Below, in pieces: positions 1 through 11,537 of a DNA stretch of 64,000 nucleotides. Source of the stretch: Basidiobolus meristosporus CBS 931.73 (taxonomy: Eukaryota; Fungi; Basidiobolomycota). The position numbers and the translations under genes were made by a program. Under the pieces are notes generated by a model, which was not told where the DNA came from, searched no databases, and saw only the letters and a list, made by a program, of their open reading frames with translations. The stretch spans positions 62,001 through 126,000 of the forward strand of contig MCFE01000076.1 in assembly GCA_002104905.1 (NCBI GenBank). Reading direction: 5' to 3'. How positions within the stretch are numbered: the first letter of the stretch is position 1; each line of letters begins with the position of its first letter.

Positions 1-1642
1 ACATGAGGGAAAGGACAACCCTGTTGCCTTTGAGTCCAAGTAACTGAACTCAGCAGAACAAAACTATCCAGTCCATGAGAAGGAGATGCTTGCTATAATA
101 CACTGTTTGAAGATATGGAGATGCTATATTGAAGGAGTCAAATGCACTGTGAAGACTGTTCATGCCTCCCTCAAGTATATATTTACTCAGAAGGTACTCT
201 CTAGAAGAATGGCAAGATGGACTGAATACATTCAGCAATTTGACCTGGAGATTGTCTACTGCCCTGGAAAAAACAACACGGTTGCTGATGCCTTATCAAG
301 ATTAGATCAAGTTGCACAACTCAACTTGGTGCATGAATCAGATTGGCCTAGCCTATTACCAAAGTACTTGGAGGACCAAGCCATTCCTAATGAGGTGGAC
401 AAAGATATCAAGAAGATAATCCGTGATGAAGCCAGCAAATTTGTAGTACAGGATCAAACACTCTACCAAATTATTGATGGAAGCCCTATTGCCTATTGCC
501 CTTATGTTTCTCACCTGGATTTAATACATAAGCTACACAATGGATATGGACATCTTGGAATTGAAGAAACCTATAGTCTTGTGAAAGCCAGTGCATGGTG
601 GCACAGAATGAAATAAGACATTGAGAAGCTAGTGAAAACATACTCAAATTGCCAAATCTACTAAAGCCAATCACAGATAGTTGCCAAACTCTTTCCCTTG
701 GAGCCTGTAAGTCCATTTGAAAGATGGGGAATTGACTTTACTGGAAGACTGCCAACTACCAGGAAATGCAAGCGTTGGATCCTAGTAGCAATTGACCATG
801 CCACTAAATGGCCAGTTGCTAAAGCTGTACCAATAGCCAGTGAACAAGAAGTTGCAAGTATCGTTTACCATGAGATCCTGATGAAGTTTGGATGCCCTAT
901 GGAGATCTTATCTGATAGAGGAGCAAGCTTTATGGCAAAGACATTAGAGGCTTACCTGGAAATGCAGCAGATCAGACACTTGAAAACCTTGGCATATCAC
1001 CCCAGAACTAATGGAGTCACTGAGCGGTTTAATGGATTATTTGGAAAAATGCTGACCAAGTATGCAAATGGAGTTGTCAGTAGATGGGATGAGTATATGG
1101 ACCAAGCACTCTTTGCATGCAGGGTCAGAGTACACAACACCACCCAGCAATCACCATTTTACTTTGTGTATGAATGTGAACCAAGGATTCCAGGAGATCT
1201 CACACAACCAAAGCTTACAAACACCTTAGAAGATGAACTCAGTCAGCTAAGTAGACACCTGCAACTAGAACAAAGATGTCAAGAGGCACAGACCAAACTA
1301 TCTCAAAGTGCAGAAAAGATGAAGCAGAGATTTGATAAGACTATAGCACCAGAAGCATTGAAAGTTGGGAACTTTGTATTGCTGAGAAACAACACTCAGA
1401 AGAAGTTTGAGCCACAATGGACAGGACCATTCAAGATCATCAGAGAATGTCCAGTTGCAACTTACCAACTGGTGGACAAACAAGGCAATATCCGGGAAGA
1501 CTTAGTGCATAGGGACAGACTCAAGCTTGCAAGACTTGCTGATAATACTGAACCATCAAGATATTGGTATCACAAGAGATTCAGGAGAACCCTCTCAACT
1601 TTAGTAGGGGAGAATGTTATGATCTGCCGCTTGAATGTTTAA
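1..1642 (+). mobile_element. Ty3/Gypsy pol remnant (RNase H - integrase), pseudogenised, 5' end outside window
   Basis: NYPVHEKEMLAII and PGKNNTVADALSR (RNase H end); HNGYGHLG zinc finger; FERWGIDFTG, SDRG and YHPRTNGVTERFN integrase core; WTGPF C-terminal motif. One frame broken by TAA at 614-616 and near 662. Purine tract AGTAGGGGAGAA at 1603-1614. Confidence 0.95.
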
Positions 1643-1982
1643 GTTAGATCAGTTTTTAGTCAAGTCAATTGGTATGCGTTTAGTTTATCAGTATATCAGT
1701 ATTATCTATCAAATCAGTAGCATTAGTCAGTAAATGAATCAGCAGATCCTTATCAGACAGAAATAGATATATTAAGTAGCATCTTATTGGGTGATGAAGA
1801 TGCAATCAAATGAGTGATCAGCCACAACCTACATTAGGAAATACAATTAGTCAGCAATTGATCTTGCAAAATGTATATAAGGAGCTGCTGGAACCTCAAT
1901 AAAAATCAGTTCAAGTTTTAGTGAATACAATACTAGCTAAACCCCCTATTCCTCTACAACTCTTATACCAAGACTTGTAGCA
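1615..1982 (+). repeat. 3' LTR of the Gypsy element (LTR family J, ~368 bp)
   Basis: Starts TGTTAT directly after the PPT and ends TAGCA; homologous copies at 10448-10815 and 26790-27153. Confidence 0.9.
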
Positions 1983-2960
1983 CTCTGAATATCTTGACAA
2001 TTCTTTCAAACTTTGCAGGTATCTCAAAGGGCTTATTTAGTTTGAAATGCTCCATGTACAACTTGGCCATCAGTATAGGGATATTGTTGAAAAGCATATG
2101 CATTGCTCCTAGTGGAAAGCTTTTACTCCACCAAATGCCCTCTGTCTCAAGTATCTCTGGCTTCCAATTGATTCCATATTTCATCCAGTGGCTTAAAGCT
2201 TGCCAACTTTGCTACAATTGCATACTGACTTCTGTATGTTCTCTCTGTGGGAAGACAATGATCTTAGTGCTGGTGTTTGGGTAATAATAATGTGTGTGAG
2301 CTATGGAGTAAATCCCCTGGATCTCACACATTTGACAGCAATACCATTCATTATGACTGGCAAAACTTGCTATCTTGCTGATGACTGGGGCATCTCCAAT
2401 GCAGATAATAATATGCACTTTTATGTGATGGCTTTTTACTGTTATCCCACTGGAAAGCATAAAAAGTTCATCCAGTAATGGATATAGGTAGCTATCCAGG
2501 TTGAGCAGTGATTTAGGTCCAGACACCAGTGAGACTACCATAAGATTATTGCTCTGATACCGTCAGATGGGCAGCATATTCAGATTGATGAGAATCAGTG
2601 GCCAGCAGGATATGCTGGTGCAGTACTTGTTAAATGAGAATCCATCAAGTGCCAAGGCAAAGGCATGGTCTTACATACCATCAAAGTAGCCCTTGCTTCT
2701 TAGCTGTTTGTAATGTTTGCTACAGAATATATCAGATATGTTTGCACTTGATTGATACTGAGAGCAATACTGTATAGCTTTGAAATATATGTTGCACTGC
2801 ATTAGCTTCTTTAGAGGGGGTTTTACTGGAATACATCTGAAGTGTGAAAATGTTTTCCCTCAGTGGTGGTGGATTCCTGACACTTTGGACACATTGCAGT
2901 GGTAGCATTCTTGGATGTGAATGCCATGCAACTGCTAACACATGCTGGAATCAGGACAGT
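1983..2960 (-). mobile_element. En/Spm (CACTA) Tnp2/Transposase_21-type transposase fragment
   Basis: Minus-strand motifs LALDGF..SCWPLILINLN, SGPKSLLNLDSYLYPLLDEL, GDAPVISK..SHN..CCQMCEIQG, FPLGAMHMLFNN; stops and frameshifts present. Confidence 0.85.
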
Positions 2961-2964
2961 CTAG

Positions 2965-5380
2965 TGTATATAGGGATGTAAGTCAAACCAGGGGGGAAAT
3001 AGTGTTACATATACGTGTGTATGTGGCACCACAACTTTATTTATTATGCTTACTATGGCAGGTCATTACACCACCAAAAAATAAAGCAAAGTTGTCTGGC
3101 TCCCAACCAAACCACACCATTGATGGCAGCAGAAGAATGGTTGGACAATAGCTTGCTTTGACATTCAGTGCAAAAAGCAAGGCTACGTCCAGAAAAGGCC
3201 AGGTTAGCAGTGCGGCCACTGAAGGTAATAATGGGGACTCCTCAGGCTCTCAGAATATAGCAAGCGCAGTACCCTCAGCTGATGACCAGCAAACAGCTGT
3301 CATAACATTACCACCACCCATATTAGCAAGTATGTTGTAAGATCATACCAAAGCATTAATGAAGCAATTAGATACAGTGGCTGATAAGATAGATGCAATG
3401 GCCCAGAGAAATCACAAGATAGTCCAGAAGCAGGGTGAGCAGATAATCTATGCAGAGCAATCAATATCCCAGGTAGAGAAAGCAGTATCTTTGTTGCAAA
3501 GAAGGAACTCAAGTAGCTTAATGTCATAGCCAAGAATTGAGCCATTTCCCAATGTAACAGTGGAGGAACACCTTACAGTCTTTGAAGCACAATAACAGTA
3601 CCCAAAGATAAAGCCTACAGAAAAGCCTTTCACAACATGGGAGGGAGACAATGTGGTTTTATACCAAAGCCTAAAAATCAAAAGACATTGAAGATCTGTG
3701 AAGCTATTAAGTGTAATAGCAAAGAGTGAACTAATTACAAGAGGCTATCAAAACTCTAGCATGCCATCACCTTTAGGTCAGCATACCATGGGACTATCAG
3801 AAACCCAAGGCCCAGTAGAATGCACTTGACTAGTCTCATGAGCATTATCCTGGATTCAAATGGGCAAACAGATTTTGGGCCAGCATTGACATGCTAGGAA
3901 AATATCTTAAGAATAGCAGAAACTATCAAAGGCAGAAGAACAAGGGTGCCATGGCTAAAAACCAGCAGCTTTCTTGAGAGCCTAATATAAGCAGGGCTAA
4001 AAGCTCCAGACAAGTGTCAGGTAGCTGGATGAGTAGCAATTAGGGACAAGCAGGCAGACACAGATGCACCTGCACAACATTTGTCAAGGAAAAAGTGTGG
4101 TAGCACTCACAGAGCACTTTGTCAAAGTAGCAGTCAAGGACCTGACAGTGATAAAAACCGGCAGCTTCTACAGGAGCCTGTCACAACTACAGTTGAGAGC
4201 TCAAAACAAGCATAAAAGAGAAATCTGGCTGCTGGAAGGGTGCCAGCAAGGGACAGGCAGGCTAAAACAGATGAGTCAGAGCATAATTTATCAAGGAGAA
4301 AATGTAGTTCATTACACAAAGCACTCAGACAAAGTAGCAGTAAAGGAACTGGCAGTGACAAAGGAAAAGGTAAAGGGAAAAATGTCTACCTAAGCTTGAG
4401 ACAGGGAGGCATGCGAAAAAAACTGCAGTTCTTGCCAATTTACACCACAAGCTTGCAACAGACTGAATTAAATCATAGCCAAGAAGGATCACTAACAAGA
4501 AAACAGCGGTTTTCACAAGAGTTGGAAGTGCAGCCAGTCGAGCTACACTCCAGCAAGGTAGATGAGTTTGCAGACAAAGGCAATTTGTCTACCACAGTCT
4601 CCACATCCTCCATTGTTGACAGAGTGGAGATCCCACTGACAGACAAGGCTCTAATGTCAAGGACTCAAAAGACTGTCACAGTTCCTTCAGCGGAACTTAG
4701 GAACCTTAATAGGCAAACCAAGAGCTTGCAGCACTTCATCAAGAGCAGTGCTCAAGAAATAGCATTTGAATATTGCAATGATTTATTGCAAAGACTGGTA
4801 GATCAGGTGCTAGCCTTTGCAGTGCCGGCTGAAGACCAGGACATGTGGGAACTGGTGTATGAACAGTTGCAAAAAGCCATTGGGCTCCCGCAAAAGCTGT
4901 GGAACCAGCATGTTACAGCAGAAATACTTACTGAACAGTGGATTTTGATGGAGTTACTTGTTGAGTGTGGAGTTGGGCTTAATGTTAGTGCAAGGTATAG
5001 GGACTTGTATAGGTCCATACAACTGGCAATTGAGGTGCAACTGAAGTTCAAACAGAAATAAATCAGTTTTTACATATGATGGGTAAGAGAAACAATTGAT
5101 TCAGGAGGTAAGGAGTATGAAAAGAGGCAATAGCTAATTGATGTACACAAATGTAGGAGGTAATAGGGTGCCCCAGATGAGAAAGTGTGCAAATTGGCAG
5201 GGAACCAATCAAAAGCCAGTTATATATTGTTGTGGTGAAAAATCTTGACCAAGTTTTTTGTGATATCTGGGGAGCAATTGTTTCAATGGTCTCTGGACAG
5301 TGTCCTGATGCAATCAGTACCTCTTAGTCACAGGACTATAACTTTGTGATGGCCTTTTGACAGGATCACTACAATAATTT
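2965..5380 (+). mobile_element. Element A copy 1: repeated unit with a degenerate long ORF (~3134-5061; 273-aa intact part at 4240-5061), unknown product
   Basis: Homologous copies at 7020-8700, 14460-16600, 21331-21876, 40560-41125, 41515-41900, 47410-47600 and 51061-51581. N-terminus looks coiled-coil; no family motif recognised. Confidence 0.75.
3945..4340 (+). repeat. Imperfect ~195-205 bp tandem repeat inside the element A ORF
   Basis: TAAAAACC(A/G)GCAGCTT...GAGCC anchor recurs near 3957 and 4152; three units in the copy at 7236, 7442 and 7649. Confidence 0.75.
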
Positions 5381-5439
5381 CTCATAGGGTTCAGGCATCC
5401 CTGCAGTGCAAGGTCCACATTAGAGACTAATGTAAGAAA

Positions 5440-5830
5440 TAACTTTACTCTAAAGACACCCTTTTTGACATGCATTTAGGTATAAAGACCCCTTTAGATA
5501 CTCCTATACAACACCACTTTAGGTTAATGTGGAGCTCAGAATCTTCATATCAGGAACTATTTTCTCAAAAAGGAAAGTGACTTCCATGTAAGGCAAGGTT
5601 ACTATCAAAGTAAATCAGCCAATAGTTGACAGAAGGCCTGAACACCTCTGTAAAAGTGAAAATACTGCCTATAGTGCATTTTGAGCCTAAGATTGAAAAT
5701 ATTAAAGAATGTTATATCTTCTTTAGGTAAATCAAACCCTCAATATAATATTTCAGTATTATCATACTGGAAGATGTTGTGTATTGTTGAATAGTCTCTG
5801 TACTGTAGAACAAGCCTTGGACTTATAATA
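5440..5830 (+). repeat. Unclassified dispersed repeat G, copy 1
   Basis: Aligns by eye with 48270-48660 (AAGTGACTTCCA, ACTGCCTATA, TTTTGAGCCT, GATTGA). Confidence 0.65.
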
Positions 5831-5847
5831 AAACAACATAACATATT

Positions 5848-6936
5848 AGACATGTTCTTTAGCATAGTGCCACATTGAGCCATGAGTGCCAGATGATGCC
5901 ATAGCATGACAGAGAGGGCAAGTGGACTTATACTTGGCCACAGAGTGTGAAGCATAGATGTTCATCTTCAAGCAACATAGCCCCTGTGTGGCACCCACTG
6001 TGCTAGAGAGAATCCATTTTTTAACCTTTTTTGGGATGAGTATAGTGCATAATGTGTAAGAAGACAGAAGGACAGAAGACATGCTTCTGGTACTCAATAC
6101 CCATGGCACTCTGAATCTAACTCCTGTGGCTTGTAATAAGTCACAAAAATGCATGGCACTCTATTAGTCCACTGGCACCATCTGGCACTATATATAAATA
6201 TTACCCCCAAAGTAAAACCTATAAAAAGCACTTATAGTGCAAGAGAGTGCCATGCATTTTTGTGACATGTTACAAGCCACAGGAGCTAGAGTCAGAGCAC
6301 AATGGGTATTGAGTATCAGAAGCATGTCTTCAGTTCTTCTGTCCTCTTGCACATCATGAGTGACAACAATCTGAAAAAAAAGGGCAAAAAATGTTGAAAT
6401 ATTGGACTATTAGATATCATTCAGCAGCTGAGAAATTTATCTAACAATTCTAAACTAGTCTTGGTCACTGTGGGACCAACTTACAGCCCCAACCTGGCCA
6501 GTTTAGTTACATCTGTGATCCTATGATTGTTCCCCTATAGTGAAGATCAAATTTACACTTTTTACCAAACATTATGTACTAATCCTGAAACAGCCACAGA
6601 ATGCTCCTGAGTGTTAGGAAACCCTCCTTACTTGGTGTTACAGCTGTATTACTTCTACAAAGGTATGAATACTGATCCTTGTTATCAATAAACAACAGTT
6701 CAACTAATTTCACTATATATTGATAAGCTCTTTATAACCAATTCACTTTTCAAATTGCAACAAAAAATGAATTTTCTCTGGCACAATAGGTGAAACACAT
6801 GGGCTGCATTCCAAGAAGACAAGGATCTATGCTTCACACTTGGTGACCAGGTATTAGTCTACTTGGCTTCCCTGACACACTATGACATCATTTGGCACTT
6901 ATGGCTCAATGTGGCACTATCCAATAGAGCAAGTCT
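5848..6936. mobile_element. Fold-back MITE-like element C1, interrupted by a solo LTR
   Basis: AGACATGTTC...GCAAGTCT termini, long inverted arms, ATT on both flanks (3-bp TSD). Confidence 0.85.
6392..6762 (+). repeat. Solo LTR, family E (371 bp)
   Basis: TGTTG...CAACA termini, AAAAA on both sides, inserted in the right arm of C1. Confidence 0.9.
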
Positions 6937-7019
6937 ATTCCATGTATTGCTTGAATGAAAAAAACTATGGCCTTCTGCTTACATTCAGTGCAATAATATT
7001 GAAAAGTAGGCTGATATTT

Positions 7020-8700
7020 AAGAGGCCTACAGAAGTCTTACATGCCAACACCTTAAGGCCAGCATACCATGGGATCATTAGGAACATAAGGCTAAGCAGA
7101 ATGGGCTTGACCTGTTACATGCACATTTTCCTGGATTCAAGCAAGCAAATGGAAAATGCATCCACGTAAGTATGCTAAGAAAGTATCTTAGGAATAGTAG
7201 AAGCTACCACAGGCAAAGAACCAGGGTGTCATGTCTAAAAACTGGTGGCTTCCTCAAGAGCTCATCACAGCCAGAGCTGAAAGCTCCAAATAAGTGGCAA
7301 AAAACATTAGGTTGCCAGAAGTGTGCTAGTTAGGGACAGGCAGGCAGACACAGATGCATTAGTGCAGCATTTAACAAGTGGAAAATGTAACTGAATACAA
7401 GAAGCACCTAGTCACAGTAGCAGTGAAGGACTTAACTGTAATAAAAACCTGTTGCTTTCTCAGGAGCCTTTCACAAGCAGGACTGGAGGTTTCAAACAAG
7501 TGGCAAAGAAATGTGAAGTTGCTGCAAGAGCGCTTGCAAGGGACATGCAGGCAAAAACAGCTGCCTCAATGCAGCATTCATCAAGGAGCAAACAGAGTAC
7601 AAAACAAGAAGCACTTGGTCAGAGTAGAAGTGAAGGACATGACAGTGATAAAACCTGCAGTGTTCTCAGAAGCCCATCACAAGCAAGGCACAGAGTAAGG
7701 CACAGAGTACCATGCATGAAGCACTCAGTCAAAGTAGCAGGGAGAGACTTGGCAATGATAAAGGTAGAGGTAAAGAAAAAATTGCAACTCAGGCTAGAGA
7801 TGGGGAAGCATCAGAAAACAGCTGCAGCTCTCAAAAATTAATTCCTTCAGCCTAGAACAGCTGAATGACATGATAACCAAGAAGATTTACCAACAAGAAA
7901 ACAGCTGTTTTCTCAAAAGTTGAAAGTGCAGCCAGTTGAACTACACTCCAGTGAGGTAAAGCAGTTTGCAGAGAAACACAATCTGTCAACCACTGCCTCT
8001 CTGTACTCCATTGATGACAAAGGGAATATTCCACTAACAGACAAAGCAACAGCATCAAGAACTGAAATCACAATCACAATGTCTACAGTGAAACCTTGGA
8101 ACACCAATAGGCACTCAAAGAGGTTGTAGCACTTTGTCAAGGGCAGTGCTCAGGAGAATGCCCTTGAGTATTGCAGGCATTTATAGCCAAGACTGTCAGA
8201 TGAGGTGCTTGACCTTGCAATGCCATCTGAAGACCAGGATGTATGGGAACCAGTAAATAAACAATTGCATAAAGCCACAAGGTTCCTGCCAAAGTTATTG
8301 AAAATGGGTGTTACAGCAGAAACATACAGTGAATGGTGGATTCCCATGGAGTTACCTGTGGAGTGTGGGGTTGGGCTTAATGTTAATGTTGGGTATAGAG
8401 ACCTCAATAGGTTAGTACAGTTGGCAATTGAGGTACAACTGAAGCTTGCATGGAATTAAATCAATTTGTATTCATGAAAAGGTATAGAGTTGTCTGAGTA
8501 AGGAAGTAAGGAGTTTGAAAAAGAGTCAATAGCCAATCAATGTACGCAAATGTAAGACATGATTGAGTGTCAAGGATCAGAAAGTGAGAGAATTGTCAAA
8601 GGACCAATCAACAGCCACTTATGTGCTGTTGTGATGAATAATTTTGACTATGTTTTATGTGAAATCTGTGGTGCAATTATTTTGCAACTGACCTCATGTC
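7020..8700 (+). mobile_element. Element A copy 2, 5'-truncated and degenerate
   Basis: VQPVELHSSEVKQFAEK, EDQDVWE and CGVGLNV...LAIEVQLK match the 4240-5061 ORF. Confidence 0.8.
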
Positions 8701-8719
8701 AGCTTACAATCAGATTAGG

Positions 8720-10447
8720 GTGAGACCTGAGCATATCTTAGTTCAGCATTCAGGACCAGATATTTATATCTCAAGTACTTAGACATGTGCTTTGGTACAT
8801 CAATGCACCTGCAACAATCATGACCTTGATGCAAACCATCTTCCAGGAGTACTTGGACAAGCTTGTGATAATCTGTTTATATTACTTATCAATATACAGC
8901 AAGGCAGCAAAGAACCACTTGGTGTACACTGAAAAGGTTGGAAGAAGCTAAGAGAGAGCAAGCTATACAGCAAGTTAGCAAAGTGTGAGTATCACTAGGA
9001 GTATGCTGAATGTCAGGGACTTTTAGTGGCTGGCAAAGGAGTAACCTTACACCCTAATAAAGTAGAAGTTATCAAGAATCTAAAGCAGTCCTATAGCATA
9101 TAAGAGCTCAGATCATTTCTAAGGATAGTACCATATTACTAGATACTTGTCAAGTCCTTTGCAAGTATTGTAGCTCCTTTGACTGATATTCCTGAGAAAG
9201 ACCACAGCATGAAATAGTACATAACCTGTGAGACTGCCTTTCAGACACCTAAGAATAAACTTGCAAAGCTTAAGAATACCTGACTGCTAGAATGAGTTTA
9301 CACTTAGCATAGACACTACAGATAATGGAACCTGTGGAGTGCTGAGCCAAGAACATGAAGCAGCAGATACCTGGTTGCTTTTGAGCTCAACAAACCAAAT
9401 GTAGTAGAAAAAAAATGCCCAGTGCATGAGAAGCAGAAGCTTGCCATAATACACTGCTTAAAGACATGAAGTCGCTATACTGAAGGAGTCAAATGCAACA
9501 TGATAAAGAGATGCTACATTGAAGGAATCAAGCACATTGTGAAGGCTGATCATGCCTCACACAGATACACTCTTACACAGAAGGAACTATTGACAGGAAT
9601 GACACAATGGAGTGAATACATCCAGCAATCTCACTTGGAGATAGTCTATTGTCCTGGGAACACAATACAGTTGCTGATATTGAAATATTAGAGAGATCTT
9701 TTTGCAAGGGAAATGGAGAATTAGAAGATATACAGGATATTCACTTGTTGATTTATTCAGTTGCAACACAGTATTTATACTTATTGCAGAACTGTGTAAA
9801 TGTAACTATTTGTTCATTATAGGGGAGGCTCAGGAGTCCATGTGCCATGTTTCAGCCCTTTTGGACAACTTTCAAATTTTCCTAAGATTCTGTACTCACC
9901 TATTTCTAATAATTTGCAGATATCTTACAACCTTATTTCTAAGTTGATATTCTGAAATATATCATTTTGACCGAGGGCTAATTCATCATATATCAATAAC
10001 TAGGTGGACTCCTAATTATTTCAACAGCTGATGCTTGATCAAGGACAGAACAAGTTCCCCAATTCTACTGGTGCATTAATCAGATTGACCAGCTTGATGC
10101 CAAAGTCCTTGGAGGACCATATCATTCCTAATGAGGTGGATGAAGATGCACAAAGATAATCAGGATGAAGACAGCAAACTGGTAGTATGGGATGTAACAC
10201 TCTACCAAGCTATTGATGGAAGCCCTATTATCTATTGCTGTTGCTTGTTGCTTGCCTGGACTTAGTACATATTTTATACAATGGATATGGACATCTTGGA
10301 ATCAAGGGGCCTATAGCCTTATAAAGGCCAGGGCATGGAGGCCTAGAATGAACTAAGATTTTGAGAACCTAGTGGGAGTATGCCCAAGTTGCCAAATCAA
10401 TCAAGGCCAATTGTTGCAAGTTGCAGAATGCTTTCCCTTTGAGCCTT
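8720..10447 (+). mobile_element. Highly degenerate Ty3/Gypsy pol (RT - RNase H - start of integrase)
   Basis: NAPAT.MTLMQTIFQEYLDK, ELRSFL..VPYY..LVKSFASIVAPLTD-like segments; 9380-10440 parallels 1-710 at nucleotide level. Confidence 0.85.
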
Positions 10448-10815
10448 TGTTACAATCCACTGCTTGAGTGTCTAAGTTAGATCAGCTTTTTACTCAAGTC
10501 AACTAGTTTATGTCTAGCCTATTAGTATATCAGAGTTATCTATCAAATCAGTTGTATTAGTCAGCATATTAATTAGCAGATCCTTAAGAGACTGAAACAG
10601 ACATATTAAGAAAGATCTCATTGAGTGATGACAGGGCAATCAAATGAGTCCTCAGCCACAACCTACTTTGAGAAGCACAATCACTCAGCACTGGATCTGG
10701 CAAAATGTACATAAGTATCTGATGAAGCCTCAGTAATGATCAGTTCCAGCTTCAGTAGCACAATATTAGCTAAACTCCCTATTCCTCTGAAAGTCTTATG
10801 TCAATACTCATAACA
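10448..10815 (+). repeat. LTR family J copy
   Basis: TGTTAC...TAACA; homologous to 1615-1982 along its length. Confidence 0.85.
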
Positions 10816-10904
10816 AACTCACAACTAGCTGGACTATATTCATTTTCTTGCAAACTTGCTGTGGTTTGTGTATATTCCAGTTGAAACTAAACCAGCAATC
10901 AACT

Positions 10905-11261
10905 ATCTAACCTATTGAACTGATATACTCTCCAGTATAAGTCAGGGATTGCATATTATCATAGGGGCACCATATATGGAATGAAAATGGTGGGGATGGT
11001 AACATGGTTTGATCATGTGTCATGGGTCCTGGTTTGGGTGCTTGCCTAATGTTGAAGCACTTATATCTAATAATACTACATGAAGTGGGGAATAACCTAT
11101 ACAATGAATAAGCAGGCATTGTAGTTAGCCAGCTTATGGGATAGTACTGATCAGAGATGACCAATGGGATGAAGCCAGAGTAAGGGTAGTACACAAATAG
11201 GCAAGTAGAAGATGTAGGAATGGGCACATCTGTCAGTGGACATTACTGTGTGCCCACTACA
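10905..11261 (-). repeat. Partial LTR, family B
   Basis: Ends CATCTGTCAGTGG...CCCACTACA like 44500-44540. Confidence 0.8.
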
Positions 11262-11537
11262 TCCACCTTGCTCTCAGCTTTGAGCTTGGGTCAAAGCAAG
11301 CTAATCTAGATGTTCAAAATTCCAATGCTTGAATAACTCAAGTGGGTTACCTGCAACCTGTGCTTTTGCTTGGGTGTTGTAAAGCTTTGGACTGCATTGT
11401 CTTTTCAAGGTGGAATCATAGAGTATAACTGGGTTCCCCAGCGAAAGTGGTATTAGTCTTGTTAAGTACAACTTGTCCAAGGGTGCCTTGTTGTTCAGTT
11501 GTGTCTCCTCAAGTTGTTCAGCATATTTGTTGATATT
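11262..11537 (-). mobile_element. Probable Ty3-type gag fragment
   Basis: NINKYAEQLEETQLNNKAPLDKLYLTRL resembles the I..Y...F......WN..AL...Y..GL gag pattern; short and decayed. Confidence 0.45.

Noticed and set aside
1-700. In-frame stops in the Gypsy pol as programmed readthrough or an alternative genetic code
   Set aside because: Stops fall at varied former CAA/CGA/TGG codons, differ between copies, and host genes use standard stops; this is simple decay.
5360-5385. CACTACAAT as a CACTA terminus
   Set aside because: The homologous position in copy 3 reads CATTATAAT, orientation is wrong for a right end, and no matching TIR or TSD was found.
5740-7169. ORFs in fold-back arms (e.g. 5846-6154, 34925-35131, 35559-35768, 41196-41450) as genes
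   Set aside because: They come from non-coding palindromic arms, vary in frame and length between copies and have no protein motifs.
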